DNA of 64,000 nucleotides from Convolutriloba macropyga (Eukaryota): NCBI RefSeq assembly GCF_964194025.1, contig NC_134476.1, positions 4,092,001 through 4,156,000 of the forward strand, read 5' to 3'. A model generated the notes under the pieces. The model did not search any database and was not told where the DNA came from. It saw only the letters and a program-made list of their open reading frames with translations. A program made the position numbers and the translations under genes. How positions within the stretch are numbered: the stretch's first letter is position 1; every line of letters starts with the position of its first letter. This document shows positions 51,451 through 62,476 of this stretch, piece by piece.

Positions 51451-54400
51451 TTAGATCAGTAAAGGTTTTGTGTGAATTCCATCTCTATCCACAATTCGTT
51501 TCGGGTAGAAATATGAAAGTCACCTTTTAGTCTGTTCATAGGTGAAAACCCGATGATTTACGGTTTTGAACCCTCTGTTAGTTGAGGATACATTTACTGC
51601 ATCATTCAGGACTCTTCTGTACTTCTGTAACGGTCCATTACTGTTTTCTTCCAGAACATTCTTGTTGAGTCCTTTGCTGCTGAACTTAGTTTTGTTCGTT
51701 AATGAATTATAACAGCAATATGTCTTGCTACATAAACATAGCATTTCGGTACACCGAAACTCCTCCTTGAATAAACCAGGTTCACGCTTGTCATGCTTCA
51801 CATGTTCATGACAGCAAGTTCTTGGAAAAAAATTGCACGTACTGTCGGCGCGAAAAGTTTCTGTACAGTCATCTCTTCTTATCTCGTTCCAAATGCTTCT
51901 CATTTCGGGTCGAATGCAGTCATATAGATTTTCATGAGCCAGCGCCAGATACAAGGAATCGGTGTCCATTTCAAGCTCTTCAAATTTCTGAACATCACAG
52001 AACTTGTCAAAAAAGTTATAGTAAAGCTCCAACATTCTCAATTTTGCGTACTGCAAGATGAAAAATCCCACAATTATCGGCTCACGATGTTCAACAGTAC
52101 TCTTCACTAGCTCAACCTCATATATACCTCTCCCGACATTGTTCAATCTCCTGAAAAGACGGTTATTGATAGCTTTGTGAGTATTTTCATCGCTGAGATA
52201 AAGTGTTTGCGTATGTCGGCTTCGATCCATGATCTGATAACCATAAGAGCTATTTCCAAGTAATTTCATAGTTTCAGCAACAACGCTAGAGTCCGGATTT
52301 TCATCACCTTCTCGTCTTGCATCAACGACAGATTGTACGAAACCGTTGAAACATTTTTGCGGGGTATACTCAACGAATCTGTGGATTTTGGTACAGCGTA
52401 GACCCAGCTTCAAATAAAACTTTAATAATGGCGTTATGACTATTCCATTGTTTAAATTGTAACTCGAAATCAACATTCGTTGTGGTTTTAACAATAACGC
52501 GTTTTTTTCAGCATATTCCAGCATGAATTTACCAATATTCTCTCTTCCAACATCACAGTTTTTGAAAATTGGAGGAAAGTTTGCAAATCGTTCACGAAGC
52601 TCCTCGGGAACTTCTAAATGGCATTGAACATATCCGAATGATTTATCTTCGTGTATCCGCGTCAACAGCGTCTCACTGCTCAAAGGTATCTTGTAGGGAA
52701 AATTTTTTTGAACATGATCTTTCAAAATAGAGCTCTTCTGAACCTGATCCCACCATTCACATTCTCTCATCTCAACAATTTTATATCCTTTCTTTTCCAG
52801 ATGAAGTCTTCGTAAGATATCAGACTCACGCTTCCGGATACCATTTTCAAATTCGTCTTTATCAAGAATTGGTTGAGTTTCTCTACAGGGACAGAAGTGG
52901 TAGTAGCGTCCGAGAGCTTCAAAAATTGTTTGACAATGACCACAAAAGCCATCCAATCCACACTAAAGGAATCAATTTTTTTCTGTTTTCCAGTTGTATA
53001 GATACTTTCAATAGTACATTCGGGTCTGTTTGCTTGATAGAAAGACATTACCATGTTCTCAAACTTCCTGATTTTGTTTTGACGAGCTTTGAACTTTTGA
53101 AGATTGGTATCAAACTCCCATCTAGTGTAGAGTCCAGTTGGCATCGCTTGACACATGGAGAAAGGATATAATTGGCTAGCATCTATTCCAACTATTGTTT
53201 TACAGACATTGTTTGACCTCCGGATGAATGTTTCGTCTGCAACAGCTTTCCTCGTAAACACTATTGATGGACCACCAGTCATTTCACTTCGTATTTTCTC
53301 ATGCAAGTCCTTGTCAGCTTCGATGAAAGGGTAAAACTTTCTATCCATCGATTTATGAAGACAGATATTTGCTAAATTGGGTAGCGTGCACCCGAGCTTT
53401 AACATGTCAACTTTCTGACCATGATAAAACTCCATCATTTTCACCATTGCCTTCAACGTTGGTACAACATCTTTGTTATTATACCAACGAAGGAAATCTC
53501 GAAAAGTTTTCATTTTCTCCATCTTCCACAAATCTTCTAGGAGAGCATAGTTTTCTATTCCAGTTCTAGGCTTTTCTTTCAGTCCCATTTCCCGGAGAAC
53601 TACCGACTGCTCTTTTCCAGATTGAATCAACTTTTCGAACTGATTGAAATCTTTTTCCAGTGGATTCAAGTTTTTCAGTGCTGAAGAAGGAATCGTAAGG
53701 TGGAAGATGGCTACAGTCAAGTTTCGATGGCGAATCAAACCATTCATATGGGAAATAACCTTTTGTTTCTTTCGATTGATATGCTTTCAGAAAGGAGTCC
53801 AGAGTTGTTGCTCCACCGAGAAAATTTACAATATCCAGAAATTGAATATCCCCAAATTTGAAGGAGATGAACTGATTTGTCTTCTTGATTACCGTAGGTG
53901 TAATAGCTTTGTCGTTAAGGAGATGAGGAATGAGATAGCTTTTGATCAAATTCAGATCATACTTACCACTGTTGAATCCAAAAACTGGTAGAGTGTCAAC
54001 ATAATTATTGAAATGACACTGGAGATCAAGGAGCTGCTTTTGTTGGTATCGTAAAAATTTTTTAGAAGCATTACTATCTTCTGCTTTGATACTATTTTCC
54101 AACTGACTTTCGGAAATAATCTCCAGTCTAGAGGAAATATCACTCAACCTGGTTTCGATCTCAGCTTCCACCTCCAAGAACTTGGGTCTCAAGTCCGCTT
54201 TGTTTTTTGCTGATAAGGTTTCAAGTTGCGCTACAAACGATATGATGAGACGATTGGGATCCTTTTCGCATAAGAAAATTGGTTCTTTCAACAGATTTGA
54301 AGAAATTGATACCTATACAGGTACATGAGTACCAATCCACGATGTTGTAGCTGTGTTACTGATATCCACTGAATGAACACATATTGCTTCGAAGTCGAAG

Positions 54401-55788
54401 ACGGCTAAATTATTGAAGACGGTATAATCTTCTGGATACGCGATTGAGAAGTTGTCAAGCTTCTCAAATAGTGTTTCCCGCAAAGAATAAAGACCTCGCG
54501 GATAGACATTTTTCACTCGTTCTTTACAAGTTTTCAAGTGACGGTTGAAATGACCTGAATGGTTGAAAAAGACATCACAGCTGGGACAACGAAACTTCTT
54601 GAAGAATTTATTGATATCATTAACATAACATATATGGTTGTTGTATCGAAGCAGTTTAATGTTTTCGTCATATCGTTCAACGCTGCGTCGAACAAGTTCA
54701 CCAATAATTTCACCGTCTTCAATGTCAAAATCATAGATGAAAATGTTTTGTTTGATTAGTTCTTCAATTATTGGAATTTGATCAAAGGAAACACCTGTGA
54801 AACTTTCAGGGTCGCAATCACTTGCAGTAACAAAACTGTGAAAAATTTTTGTTGCATTTGGTTCAACATCTACTGATCCACATAAATGAATAGCAATTGC
54901 ACGGAATAAACACAAATTATCGTTATATGGTTCATTGTGTCCATTTGAAACGAGACAATTTACTTCAGGATTCCTTAACAATGGCTCTGGAAGAGGAGAA
55001 TCAGTACAACCCATAGGTATATTCGTAAGAAGCGCTACAAAAACGGTAACATTTGTAATTACTGTGAATCGCCATTTTGAGTTTTGACGTTCTTTTGTAC
55101 ATGTTTCAATCAAGTCAAGTTTCTCAATTTCGTTCTGCAGGTTCAATAAATCGTTTTTATTGCTTAGCAGAGAAGCTCGATCCAGGAGTAAGTTATTTTC
55201 ATGCGGATAATAATATCGGTATTCGTTTGTCTCTACATTTTGCAAAATAAACCCCAATGCGAGGTTAACTTTTGCTGCACATTTCAGGTTTGCAAAAACT
55301 TGATCGAGTTTTTCATTGATCTTTTTGGTGTCCAAATTCGATAAACTGAAGCTGAAAACTTCCTGTCTGCCATGCTCAGAATGCATATCGTCAAGTAAAT
55401 GCTGACACGCTGCTAGTTCTTCTTTCAGTGACTCGCTATCGTTATCAACTTTCTCCATAATCTCACGAACACGGATTGTGCTTGAGGACCCAATTTTTGT
55501 GCTAGCTTGATGTACTTTTCTGCGATGAAGTTGAAGTGAGTAGAAACTTGGGAACTGTTTCTGACAGACAACACACTTGTTCAGTGTATTACGAACTTTT
55601 GCTCCGTGAGCCTTCGCAATATGGTATGACAATTCTGCAGAATTTTTTGTAGCAAAATTACAATTCCTTTTCTTACAGTAAAGCGTGCCCATCATACATG
55701 TCTTCCGGTGGCGAGCAATATTGTATTTTGCAATAGATTTTGCACATTTTTCACAGTTAACGGGTAGGTTTCGATCTTTTGCAGGCAT
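51451..55788 (-). pseudogene. Protein-primed family B DNA polymerase (pPolB) with N-terminal C2H2 fingers, vOTU-like region and Vsr-like insert; four lesions
   Basis: ExoI VFDFE, ExoII FNSGKYD, ExoIII YNNKDV, motif A DASQLYP, motif B KLLGNSSYG, motif C MDTDS. Lesions: TAG at 54313-54315, frameshift near 53680, TGGAT duplication near 52955, TGA at 51520-51522 (the frame continues LSYFYPKRIV...GIHTKPLLI* to 51451). Confidence 0.93.
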
Positions 55789-56388
55789 TTCGTTATAACT
55801 GGGTGAGTTAACTATGGAATGAGCAAAGAGATTTTTTATTTTTGTAAGGAATTGTCAACTGAGCCGTAAAATATGAATAAACAAATGTCTCTCAAGTTCT
55901 GCAGAAATTCAAGGTGTATTCATGACTACATACGAACAATGAAGTTGAAATTTGTTTGTTACTAAAAATAGATTTTATTTCGAGTCGTCAACCAATCACA
56001 GCAAAGTTTGCAAAACTTCGGGAAATTGCGACAGCCATTATTCGTGTACACAACTTCGACAACCCTGATTTGTTTACTTAATGTCTAGACAGAATTTGTT
56101 CACAAGCAATGAAAACAACCAAAGTTTACCACAGGTTTAAGATCGTAGAACTTCGGGAAAATGAGACAGCTTTGATTTGTTTGCGGAGCTTCGGAAAAAC
56201 CAGACAGCCTTGATTTGTTTACTTAATGTCTAGACAGAATTTGTTTACAAGCAATTAAAATAACGAAAAGTTTAATGAATTTTCATCTTAGAACGACCTT
56301 GAAAATTTGTTTACACAGTGTTCTCAACTAAAACCCACTAATTCATAGAGGTAAATCATCATTTGTTCACTCAGTTTACTCTCTTACT
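55789..56388. promoter_or_regulatory. Putative bidirectional promoter between pPolB and the divergent ORF
   Basis: Divergent ATGs; direct repeat of about 50 bp at 56066-56118 and 56211-56263; TGTTTAC at 56071, 56216, 56242 and 56308. Confidence 0.55.
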
Positions 56389-57018
56389 ATGGTTGAAGCT
56401 ATGTACGAAAACAGTCCCGAATACTTCAAAAAGTTTCAAAAACGATTCAAATACACTATTTGCGACACAGAACCAAAACTACAAGATTCTGGAATAGAAA
56501 ATTATGCGTACGGTTATCATTCATCTTCGACCGTTATTGATGGTTGTTCCTTTGGTTCCAGCCATTGGCATCTTATTTTTGAGGATACAAGTTTAGAAGA
56601 TAAAAATGTTTTTTCTCCGTATGCTTCTGTGCCGATACCTTGTCTCGTGACCTGTTTCAAATTTCTTATTTTGCCTACTGAGAAAAACTTTGTTACTCGT
56701 GGTGCTATTGTTTCTCGCTTACATGTCGCTGTGGAGTATTTATCAAAGTTTAATCATGTTTCAACCAACAAAACTAAAAAACAACTTCCTTTGCCCAATC
56801 CTGTGAAAAAACTCTCAACCATTACTACAACTTCTAACAAACATGCTTCTACTATCCCCGATGTAACTATAAAACGATTTTGTCAACTAATGCATGGTGA
56901 ACATTCATCTTCTCTCTATCAGATTATGGATATTCTTTTGAGTGGACAAGGGAGTTTTGTACGTGAGACTTCAGACTATTTAATGAACTTCCAGTTCTGT
57001 AAAAATTCTAGTGTCTAA
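56389..57018 (+). CDS. Polinton accessory protein, 209 aa, with HUH-like motifs (hypothetical)
   Basis: Intact ATG-to-TAA ORF; YAYGYH...SSHWHLIFE and VEYLSK. The ORF is well supported; the function is speculative. Confidence 0.65.
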   Translation: MVEAMYENSPEYFKKFQKRFKYTICDTEPKLQDSGIENYAYGYHSSSTVIDGCSFGSSHWHLIFEDTSLEDKNVFSPYASVPIPCLVTCFKFLILPTEKNFVTRGAIVSRLHVAVEYLSKFNHVSTNKTKKQLPLPNPVKKLSTITTTSNKHASTIPDVTIKRFCQLMHGEHSSSLYQIMDILLSGQGSFVRETSDYLMNFQFCKNSSV

Positions 57019-57051
57019 ACTTAAGCTGTCATAGAAAAATTTAATTCAATT

Positions 57052-57508
57052 TTACTCCATATGTTTTACAAATGCTAGCAATTGCAATTCATTTACATCT
57101 GGTACAAAAGGAAATTTACTGCTATAAAAAATAGTGCGCAATATAGATGCAAAATAAACCACACAGTTGTGAGTCTGCTGATTGCAGGGGGGATTGAATA
57201 TCTCTTCTGTGCTCCATAACATCCGTCATCATATGCAAATCAGTACATTGCTGTAAACGGGAGAAAACATCTTTGTAGGCAGTCAGAGGTAGTGCTAACG
57301 GATCTGCAAAGTATAGTACGGGGTATGCGTAGCGTTTGGCAAGCATCACCCAATGCGTTCCAAAAGAATCAGCTCGTGATGCGTTTACAATTATAAAACT
57401 GTTAACAGGTAAATTTAATGGATAATTGTCAGCGGCATAAACACCTCGAAATTTGTATTTGAGATGCTTGCACTTTTGAACTTGAATATAAATTTGATCT
57501 TCGTCCAT
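57052..57508 (-). CDS. Adenain-like maturation cysteine protease (PRO), probable C-terminal frameshift
   Basis: Catalytic H (GTHWV), D (FADPL), Q (LQS) and C (LCGLFC). Removing one T from the run near 57127 extends the ORF by YSSKFPFVPDVNELQLLAFVKHME* to 57052. Confidence 0.88.
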
Positions 57509-58818
57509 TAGTATGCGTTCATAGGCAGAATATTTTTGGATACGTTTCTTGCAGAGTCAATATACACCGTAGATGATTTTTCACCGAGGAAGAAAACTTT
57601 AACGTTGTTTGTTAAAGCTGTATCAAATTTTAGCTCGACCGATATAGACGAATTTGTTAGTTCAGGATGAATAAAATCATGTGTGGCTTCTTGCATACTA
57701 GTCAGGTCGAAAACCATTATAAAATGGTTCGAAAATTCACTCAATGGTATTCCATGACCGTTTTCTACATAGGCTAATGCGCTCATTGAATTGTAGTACA
57801 AACGCTTGTTGTCAATTGTTGACATTGGTGTACCGGCTGTAGCGAAACCGTTTCGGAACACTGTGATCTCACGCAGCCCAAATTTTCGATAGTTGAAGGG
57901 ATTTACTGTGTTAGTTCCAATGAAAGCATCACCAGCACACAATGCAATTATAAGTCGTCTTATGGGTTCTTTTGTAAAAATATCTTCGTGCTTCCAACTT
58001 TGCTGCCCCGTTGTTGCAAGAAAAGTTTTTGTTATCACTTCATTGTATCGATATATTGCAGGTGTTCTCAAAAGTGTTTTCTCAATGGCTCCGACTACGT
58101 TGTCTGATACAGTCATCTTTCTAACAAAAAGATTGGCTTCGTCAATTTTTACTTTGTAGTTTTTGCCAGCTGCTTCACTTATAGTGGCAAAATCATCTTG
58201 TGACCTTCGGAAAGAAATTCTCAGGGTAACTCCGCTTACTAATTGTTTTTCGCACGAGAAAAAATCAACAGCTAGTTTTCCATAAAGAGTAATTTGAGCT
58301 GATTCTCTCGCAGCCTGCTTTCTTACATCTTTTAATGCATTAGCAATAGCGCTAGGGTTTGCTTCATACTCATAACCTTGACACTTTAACCAAGTCTTCT
58401 TTGCATCTGTCCCGTGCGAGAATTCTGTTTCTATGAAACTTTTGTGAGCATAGTGTCCATTGGCAGAAGAGATTTTTATTCCATTTGCAGAAACAGTACA
58501 GTCAGCAAATAGGGAATGAAGGACATTATTCACAAAAAATGCGGCATCAGTATTAGCGGGATCACCTGCGTCATATCGTAAATCAGTTCCATCGACATTT
58601 TGTATTCGACATTTTACTTCCAAATAAATTTTCTGCAAATCTATGAAATTGTTGCGATCGCCTACAACTTCAAATTCGAGCGATGATCCAGAGGGAGAAT
58701 AAAGTGGTCCAGTTTTTTGCCCAAATGATTGATCAAAGGTGACTAGCAAAGGTGGTTTTTCAAATAAATCCAAGGAACTGTGAGTGGCTTCGGAAGGTAT
58801 TACAATATTAGTTCGCAT
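57508..58818 (-). CDS. Polinton major capsid protein (double jelly-roll), about 436 aa
   Basis: SSLDLF, SLEFEV..FIDLQKIYLEVKCRI, NNVLHSLF, NPFNY, FDLT; lies upstream of PRO; likely start MRTNIV at 58818. Confidence 0.9.
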   Translation of the reverse strand: MRTNIVIPSEATHSSLDLFEKPPLLVTFDQSFGQKTGPLYSPSGSSLEFEVVGDRNNFIDLQKIYLEVKCRIQNVDGTDLRYDAGDPANTDAAFFVNNVLHSLFADCTVSANGIKISSANGHYAHKSFIETEFSHGTDAKKTWLKCQGYEYEANPSAIANALKDVRKQAARESAQITLYGKLAVDFFSCEKQLVSGVTLRISFRRSQDDFATISEAAGKNYKVKIDEANLFVRKMTVSDNVVGAIEKTLLRTPAIYRYNEVITKTFLATTGQQSWKHEDIFTKEPIRRLIIALCAGDAFIGTNTVNPFNYRKFGLREITVFRNGFATAGTPMSTIDNKRLYYNSMSALAYVENGHGIPLSEFSNHFIMVFDLTSMQEATHDFIHPELTNSSISVELKFDTALTNNVKVFFLGEKSSTVYIDSARNVSKNILPMNAY

Positions 58819-59144
58819 TTTTGACACGAGAGAAAAAATCCAGTCGACTTCTTCTTGGCTGTGGTTTTCGAGAAATGATTTTTTTAGTGAAACGTTTCTT
58901 GTAGGTTCGAGGTTTAGCAAAGTGTTGTCTTCGACGTTTAATAACTTGCCGGCCTCGTGTTATGCGTGAATGGAGAGAACCACCAAATTGTTTTCGGGCT
59001 GTTTTTGCAACCGTGCTTTTCAACGCCTGCTTTGCCGACTTTCGTTTCGTTGCTACTTCAACCAACTCAGGTGCACTCTGCACTAAAAGCTCTCGGCCAA
59101 TTCTTTCGGCAGCGGGCCATATAATTCTCCTTGCCAATGGTAAA
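58808..59144 (-). pseudogene. Basic core (pVII-like) protein, 5' end removed by LTR insertion
   Basis: PLARRII.PAA.RIGRELL amphipathic helix, QFGGS, Arg/Lys-rich tail; lies upstream of the capsid gene. The ORF portion above 59144 is LTR sequence. Confidence 0.7.
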
Positions 59145-60119
59145 TGTTGCGGCTGCTCAAGAATCTCAGCGGAACCCAACTTCGCGGCCTGGTTCTCGAG
59201 TTTTACGCCGGCCTGGTTCTTCACTCGGTTGCTATCGACTAACACTCGCGTAGTAACTATTAGTCGCTCAGTTGTAATAAAGGACTGTAACTTTAATTTT
59301 TCGTGATTGAAGTTAAGAAAATCCTTGGTGATAATCTATATCCAATCTCGTGCTGAAGTTTGTAAGGCTTCAGGCCAAAGCTAGTACTGTTGCTAACTTC
59401 TTGTTAAGAAAGCTCAACTAACTTATAGCGCTCGAGATCTTAAGATCTAGCAAAACTTAGCGCAAAAGACTAAAGTTGATGAAGAATCAAATTATAGTCA
59501 ATCTGAGAGCCAACTGCTCCTTATGACAGTTTCTAATGGTTCTAAATACAATATGGTTACACTATTCAGACAATTGGGTTAAAGTAAATAATCTGCTAAA
59601 TATCATCATTGTCACTGATTGGTTAATCGAATAAAGTGATTTAAGTCAATGTTTACATAGTAAATGTCAAATTACCGCACTATTTGCTTTTGTTGACATA
59701 AGCACGGATGGTTATTACGTAGCTCTAAATGCCTCAAATGCACGGTATTTGACCTTTAATGATCATCTAAAGTATCATAAAATAAACAACTTAAGAAATT
59801 TAGCAATAAATGACAAAATATCAAAAAATGCCAATTTTGCACCATATAAGTGCTAATAGCCACACTTGTGGGTCTGATGCAATAATGTTCGTTGGGTCCA
59901 TGAATAGCTTAGAGGTAACCCTAACCGTCTGCCATAACCTCGGGTTGCTCGGGTTTTGGCTTCCCAAAATCGGGGGGGTGTACAGATTTTCGGTCCCAAC
60001 TTGTAAAATTTTTCATTTTTGACCATTTTTGAGTTTTGGCAAAATTTCAAGTTTCTGAGTTTTGATTTCATTTCTGTTGGTCTGATGGCTCATGCTTCTG
60101 TTCACTAGTGGCGCCAACA
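59145..60119 (-). repeat. 3' LTR (975 bp) of the BEL/Pao element
   Basis: Minus strand TGTTG...CAACA termini, immediately after the PPT-like GAAAACAGGGCCGGCGA. Confidence 0.8.
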
Positions 60120-61737
60120 TCGCCGGCCCTGTTTTCGATCTCGGAAACACCATCGTAGAAGACTGGCGCCAATTTCACCACCGGCCTGTTGAATTCGCCA
60201 TGTGCCATCTTGACTCTCGCTGATCGTACGACTCCATCGTTGCCTTTGAAGACTTGGATGACTCGTCCCATTTTGTACTCACATCGTTTCACTGACTCGT
60301 CTACCATCCAAACAAGTTCTCCTTCTTTCAGGTTTCTCACATCTTCCTTTGACCACTTTGACCTCTGATTCCATTGTGGAAGATATTCACGAGTCCATCT
60401 CTTCCAGATCATGTCCTCATATGCTTGAGCCGTTTTGAATGATTTTCTGAGATCATGGTAGCGTTCACTGGATGGCATAAATGGTGCACTTGCGTTTTCT
60501 CGTCCTAGCAGGAAGTGATTGGGTGTAAGAGCTGTCAAATCCTCTGGATCGTCACTTACTGCTGTCAGGGGTCTTGCGTTGAGAGTTTGCTCCACAAGAC
60601 ACATCGTTGTACTGAGTACCTCGGCTGTGAGGCTTCGGTTGTCCAAGATTGCAATCATCACTTTCTTGCAACTTTGAACCAGTCTTTCCCAGATTCCACC
60701 AAAGTGTGGCGCTCCAGGAGGGTTGAATTTCCAAACTATCTTTTTCTGAGCTAAGTCACTTTCAATCTTAGCTTTGTCCCATACGTCCATGAATGCTTTG
60801 AGTTCCTTGGCTGCTCCAACGAAGTTCGTGCCGTTGTCGCTGATGATGGTACTTGGGTAGCCACGTCGTGCGATGAATCTTGTCACTGCCGCTAGACATG
60901 ACTCGGTGTCCAATGACTGTGCAACTTCGATGTGTACTGCTCTGGTTGTCAGACAAGTGAAGAGGCAGCACCATCTCTTCAATGTACGTCGTAGGAACTT
61001 CACTTCTATGGGTCCGAAGTAGTCGACTCCGGTATGGGTGAATGGGAAAACATGTTCATCAAGTCGTTCTCGTGGTAGGTCCCCCATCGGTGGGTGGATT
61101 GGGTTGGCGTTCCTGTGTCTGCATTTGATGCATCTGGACTTGATTTTTCGTAACGCATTTCGTATTCCAATGATCCAGTATTCTTGTTGGAGCATGTTTC
61201 TCACGTATTCTGTGCCTTCGTGTAGGTTGTCACGATGAGCTCTCTCCAACAGAAGTTGTACTACTGGATGCTTTGCTGTCAACAGTATTGGATGTTTTGC
61301 ATTGTAATCGAGGTTTGAATGCTTCAGTCGACCTTTCACTCGAATTGTTCCATCTTCCTCTATGAAGGGTGACAATTTGGCGATGTTCAATGTTTTTGAG
61401 ATTTCCTTGCTGTTTGTTATCGACTTCGAAACATTCGGGAAGCTTTCGGCTTGAACAAATCGCAACAGAATTTGTTCTGCTCCATGGATCTCCTCAGCTT
61501 TGAGAAGTCCCTTCTGCTTCGTCTTGAACCTCATGCAGTAGGCAATAAAGTTTCTGATTCTATTGAAGCTGCTGTATCGGTCCCAAACAAATGGTTGATG
61601 TAGTTTAGTTTCTGCGGCTACAGTACTTGTAGCTTGCTCAGCTTCAATTTTGTTCGCTTGGCACCACGGCTTTGGCCATTTTTCTTCATCTGTGTGGAGC
61701 CATGCCGGCCCGTTTAACCACACGGATTCCTTGAGGC
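59145..61737 (-). mobile_element. BEL/Pao LTR retrotransposon, 3' part (intact integrase reading frame 60068-61737), cut by the gap
   Basis: W.NGPAWL, RVKGRL, HPILL, HHCC finger, GVDYFGP, SDNGTNFVG, PHFGGIWERLV, LTPNHFL, W.RW..EYL, RPVVKLAP. Confidence 0.93.
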
Positions 61738-61937
61738 NNNNNNNNNNNNNNNNNNNNNNNNNNNNNNNNNNNNNNNNNNNNNNNNNNNNNNNNNNNNNNN
61801 NNNNNNNNNNNNNNNNNNNNNNNNNNNNNNNNNNNNNNNNNNNNNNNNNNNNNNNNNNNNNNNNNNNNNNNNNNNNNNNNNNNNNNNNNNNNNNNNNNNN
61901 NNNNNNNNNNNNNNNNNNNNNNNNNNNNNNNNNNNNN
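61738..61937. other. Assembly gap (200 N)
   Basis: Run of N; the round size suggests an arbitrary scaffolding spacer. Confidence 0.98.
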
Positions 61938-62197
61938 ACTGAACCCGATGACATTATTAGTAGTATAAGTAAATGACTAGTAGCACACCACGGGGGGGTC
62001 ACGCACGGTAAAAAACGACCCCCTCTAAATCTCTACATTTCGCCAATAAATTTCTTCAGAAAAGCCCTTGGGCGCGATGGGACAATATATGAAGAGAAAA
62101 TCAGAACATGAGTTTGGAAAAATTGTCTAGCAAGATCATTTTTCAAATTACAGTTCCAGAAAACAGACGTTAAGTAAAAATCGATAAAACTGTTTCA

Positions 62198-62476
62198 ATG
62201 AGTACCCGAGTTACGAGAGACGAAATTGATGGGGGTATTACAAACTTGGTTTTTGATGATGGAAACCGAGAGAGACCTCCATGGCGTTGCTGTTCCAATA
62301 CCGTAGTCCCTCGATCAGAGATTATATTTTTCGTTCAAGTGAGTATTATCGTGCTCATGATTAGTCTCTGTTTTGCCATGCTATTCTTGATATCGGAGAG
62401 CTGCGAAGAGAAATCAATTTGGATTGCACTGCTTTCGAGTCTAGTTGGTTATATCTTACCAAATCCTAAATTATGA
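62198..62476 (+). CDS. Small two-TM membrane protein of the Polinton
   Basis: Hydrophobic segments IIFFVQVSIIVLMISLCFAMLFLI and IWIALLSSLVGYIL; ATGA overlap with the ATPase. Confidence 0.75.
   Translation: MSTRVTRDEIDGGITNLVFDDGNRERPPWRCCSNTVVPRSEIIFFVQVSIIVLMISLCFAMLFLISESCEEKSIWIALLSSLVGYILPNPKL

Larger units (their letters stand above)
50010..59144 (-). mobile_element. Polinton/Maverick (adintovirus-like) provirus, pPolB-proximal half
   Basis: AGTAGT terminus at 50010, then pPolB, adenain-like protease, major capsid protein and basic core protein. Truncated by an LTR insertion at 59145. Confidence 0.93.

Noticed and set aside
51520-55788. Four separate genes, or programmed frameshifting/readthrough in pPolB
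   Set aside because: The pieces are collinear parts of one polymerase. The breaks are two point nonsense codons, a small deletion and a 5-bp duplication, with no slippery-site signature.
58819-58920. N-terminal 34 aa of the 470-aa capsid ORF
   Set aside because: Non-ATG start overlapping the core gene; the ATG at 58818 fits better.
58808-59245. 145-aa ORF as a genuine full-length protein
   Set aside because: Its first 34 or so codons derive from the BEL LTR.
60068-62002. 644-aa ORF spanning the gap
   Set aside because: Artefact of translating through Ns; only 60068-61737 is BEL pol.
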